From Octopus vulgaris (taxonomy: Eukaryota): DNA of 64,000 bases. The stretch covers positions 19,158,001 through 19,222,000 of the forward strand of contig OX597824.1 of the NCBI GenBank assembly GCA_951406725.2, read 5' to 3'. Made by a program: the position numbers and the translations under genes. Below the pieces are notes generated by a model. That model did not search any database. It had not been told where the DNA came from and saw nothing but the letters and a program-made list of their open reading frames with translations. Positions 59,288 to 64,000 of this stretch are shown here, one piece after another. How positions within the stretch are numbered: the stretch's first letter is position 1; every line of letters begins with the position of its first letter.

Positions 59288-59504
59288 CATACGTATATAA
59301 ATAGCAGCCAGGATCTGACTCTAAAACCACATTAAGTGTTTTACCAACCACATAGTTCCGGGTTCAGTCCCTCTGTGTGGCACCTGGGGCAAGTGTCTTC
59401 TAATATAGCGTCGGGCTGACCAAAGCCTTGTGAATGGATTTGAGAGTCAGATCCTGGCTGCTATTTTCAGCATGGCGTTATCTCGTAGATAACCTATATT
59501 TTTA

Positions 59505-59656
<152 letters not shown>

Positions 59657-60444
59657 CATACATACATATATACATACATACATACATGTATTTCTACTGT
59701 GTATACTCGACATATTACATTCTTACGGCACCGAGCCCTGTAATTTTGAAGCAATCATTGTTTTCTCATATACTTAAACTAGTGTTACTTCATATTAGCA
59801 ACGATATCATTGCGCATATACGTATTCATTTGTGTTTATTTATATAGCCTTCTCCGTATATACATCTGTATGTAACTACAATCGGCCGTAGATATCCATA
59901 CGGAATTCTTGTCCGCAAATTACGTACGAATATCCGTTTGGGTATCTATTTATATAGATATAAGTAAGTATTCATATTTTGTATATATTTTCTATGTTAT
60001 TACATTCTTGGTCTAACATCTTAAGAGAACCATCGGTCCTCTAATAATACCCATCGCAATAAAGAACCAGAATGCCATTGTCTGAATTACTGGTAGACTT
60101 CCTAGGTTCAATAATTGCATACATTTAATTGTAAATTCCAGGTTGCAAACCGTTTAGCCTTTGTCAGTGTCTTCCTTTGAATTTCTTCATTGTAGGAATG
60201 CCAAGTTCAATATTTACTCTGTTAATATTTCGAAATTATCCATCCATCGCATTCCTAACGAGTTCCCAAATGTTTCCGAGTATTTCTACCCGAAAAAAAA
60301 TAAAGAGAAAAATATGATGTACCCCCATCCCCTTCAGCTTCTCCAAACATTGTTTCCCTCACGCCGTATCATTTCATATTTGTATGTTTTAATGTATACT
60401 TGTTCAGACTCAGCTTCTTCTCTTTTTTTCTTTTTTTTTTTTTT

Positions 60445-60878
60445 GCTTTATTTGTTTCAGTCATTTGACTGCGGCCATGCTGGAGCACCGCCTTTTAGTC
60501 GAGCAAATCGACCCCCAGGTCTTATTCTTTGTAAGCCTAGTACTTATTCTATCGGTCTCTTTTGCCCAACCTCTAAGTGACGGGGACGTAAACACGCCAG
60601 CATCGGCTGTCAAGCGATGGTGGGGGGGACAAACACAAATACACACACGCGAACACATACACACACACACGTATATATGTACACACACACACACACACAC
60701 ATATACATATATATATATACGACGGTCTTCTTTCAGCTTCCGTCTACCAAATCCACTCACAAGGCTTTGGTCAGCCCGAGGCTATATTAGAAGACACTTG
60801 CCCAAGCTGCTACGCAGTGGGACTTAACCCGGAACCATGTGGTTGGTAAGCAAGCTACTTACCACACAGCCACGCCTG
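60445..60878 (-). mobile_element. SINE-A, full length
   Basis: Match to reference copy. Confidence 0.9.
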
Positions 60879-61991
60879 TTTGTTTATTTCATATATATTT
60901 TTTTCCGATAAAGTTGGTCTCGGTGAGATTCGAACTCGGTACTTAAAGCCGGAGGAAATGACATTAAGCAGTTTGTTTTTCTCAACGCGCTAATTAATAA
61001 ATAAATAATTTGTGGATCTTATATTTTCTAAGCTTTTTTTCTGAAGATGTTTCGATTCTAATTCGATAGTAAAATCACGTTATTTCCTTGAATATTAACA
61101 CGATGGGATATTGTACCTGTGAGTTGACGTGCATTTTGAAATCGATATTGCTATCAAGATATTCTCGTATATCCATTCTCTAGAAAAATATGTTTTCTAT
61201 TGAGATTCTCTCTAACGTTATAGTTCATAATCATAAAGTCAGTTAAAATTTTAATTTATTTTTGCAAAGCTCTTTTGATTTCATTCTATAATGTTTACGT
61301 ATATACATAGCTTCAAAGTCTCCTCTGCTCTCCTAAATGTTCATTTGTCGCAGATCTAAGTCTATATAATAGCAGTTATCTGCATATCTAATTCTTTCTA
61401 CGCTTTTCCCCTGAAGAAGTTTCACCGTGAAATCAGATTTATGTAAATAGTGCATAAGAGAAAACATAGTAAATGCCGGGAGTTTTATCGACTTTTTCGC
61501 TAGTAATGTGTTTGATGTCGGACCAGAAGACTATTTCAAAAGTTTAATCGCTGTTAGAACCGGGATATTTTCGCGAACGTATGAAATACACATATACACA
61601 CGCATACACATACACGCACACTGATGCACGCAGACACATCTTTCTAGCTTTCCAGCTAGAAAGATTATGTAATTTCTTTATCATCTCTCTTTCTCCTCTC
61701 TCTCTTTCTCCTCTCTCTCTTTCTCAGTATCTTTCATTCTCGCTCCCTCCCTCTTTTATTCACCTTCCATGATTTAAATAATACTTAATCCGAGACATTT
61801 TTATGTATATATACATTTACATATACAGTATATGTTTGTATATACATATATATATATATAATATATATATATATATAAATATATATAATCTACATATATA
61901 CTTGTCCTTTTTCTCTCATTATTTGTGTATTTAACTCATTTGTTTTCGTATTTCATGTTGTTTACAGTTGGTGAAGTCCTGTACCCATATA

Positions 61992-62034
<43 letters not shown>

Positions 62035-62177
62035 ATATATATATGTATATATATATATAGGCGCACAGATGCATGTATATATCTATATCTATCTGTACGT
62101 ACATAATGCAGACATATATGTATGTCTGTGTGTTTGTACATATATATACAAACACACACACACACAAATGTATATAA

Positions 62178-62234
<57 letters not shown>

Positions 62235-62974
62235 ACTCTCCTCTCCAACTGCTGTAATGAATACGTCCTCTCTGCCACTCTCTCCTTCTCTTCCTCTTCC
62301 ATTTATCACCCGTGACACGTCCATCTCTTTTCCCCTTTCTCACTCTCATCTCTCTCTCTCTCTCTCATCCACTCTTTCTCTCTCTTTCTCAATCTCTCTC
62401 TCTCTCTCTCTCTCTCTCCCTTCGTATTTTAATCCTAATTTCTCTCCTCATACTTTTACTCCCATCAACAATACCTCATATCATCTTATCACTTCACCCC
62501 ATTCCACCCCTACTCTTTTTTTTCCTTCTCCCCATTTATAACCACCACCACCACCACCACTAACCCACGCATATGTGACATATATTACGTTGACTTTCAA
62601 TCGGCCAGATCCCAGCCCCCAACAACCACCACCCCCAACAACCACCACACCCCACAACCCCCACCATTCCAAAATGCCGTCTTCTTTGATTTCTTGAAGT
62701 ATTTATTTACAAATCCTCTCCTCCGCCACACGCACGTCCGCCACCAGAACCGCCGCCATTCCATGGCATCACAATGTAAGATTCGCTTCTTTTCAACGTC
62801 CTCCATGTGCGAGGCACGAACCCATAGCCTGTTAAAAGAGAGACTGCGTCTCCTGAGAGAAAAGACATTATAAAAAGCCTTGGCAAGTGTAATTAAGTTA
62901 GCGGAGTTTCTTTCGATTCTAATTATTTTGTATATCAAGTAAAAGTGTCAACGGTCAACTTCTAAGAAGATTTG

Positions 62975-63520
<546 letters not shown>

Positions 63521-63639
63521 ATGGAGTGTTTATATGTGTGTATGCATTGATTCTATGTATGCACGTATGTATGTAAGCATGGACGTATGTACGTGTGTCA
63601 GTATATATCATTATATACAACATATACGTATCTATGCAT

Positions 63640-63797
63640 GTGCATTGAGTCGAACCAGGGGCAGCTGATAAGTGGAATTTTCCTTGTATTGTTTGTCCTG
63701 TACTCTGTTTTTTCGTTGTTAATAAAATTCTGTTTCCTTGTTTGATTTTATGTTTTCGTATCTCGTTGTGTTCTACGTTTATTTGTGGTGTCCTGTA

Positions 63798-63800
<3 letters not shown>
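63640..63800 (+). mobile_element. Putative Penelope-like pLTR family remnant (homolog of 29645-29810)
   Basis: GGGGCAGCTGATAAGTGGAATTTTCCTTG...GTCCTGTATTCATAT. Confidence 0.5.
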
Positions 63801-63835
<35 letters not shown>

Positions 63836-63929
63836 TGTGTATATACATATAGATATAAGTATGTACATATATGTATGTATATATGCATATGTTTTATTTT
63901 TTATTATAGTGTTATATATATATATATAT

Positions 63930-64000
<71 letters not shown>

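Noticed and set aside
60010-60292. Minus-strand protein-like stretch (VEILGNIWELVRNAMD...NIELGIPTMKK...MYAIIEPRKS)
   Set aside because: Multiple stops and a frameshift; probably an old TE relic but cannot be assigned
61020-61565. Scattered CTGAAGA boxes
   Set aside because: No convincing stem I/II/III pairing around them

Overview
This 64-kb window is AT-rich eukaryotic DNA dominated by microsatellites and interspersed repeats. The repeat repertoire and extreme (TA)n/(TAA)n/(TACA)n/(TAGA)n density point to a cephalopod, probably an octopus (inference, not database-confirmed). No intact protein-coding gene is supported: nearly all ORF-track entries are microsatellite or SINE artefacts, and there is one weak candidate terminal exon. 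Four tRNA-headed SINE groups (working names A-D) occur in about 35 full or partial copies; heads and tails are exchanged between groups and some copies form tandem concatemers. Also present are decayed mariner transposases, hAT/Tigger/mariner MITEs, and 3' fragments of CR1, RTE, R4/Dong and Penelope (GIY-YIG) retroelements. The most notable signal is at least a dozen minimal type-I hammerhead-ribozyme-like motifs in short non-coding Penelope-like pLTR remnants from several families. Some sit in long fold-back palindromes, most have a self-complementary stem-III region, and the core 3:8 pair covaries between families (C:G, U:A, A:U). All family assignments were made by eye and boundaries are approximate.
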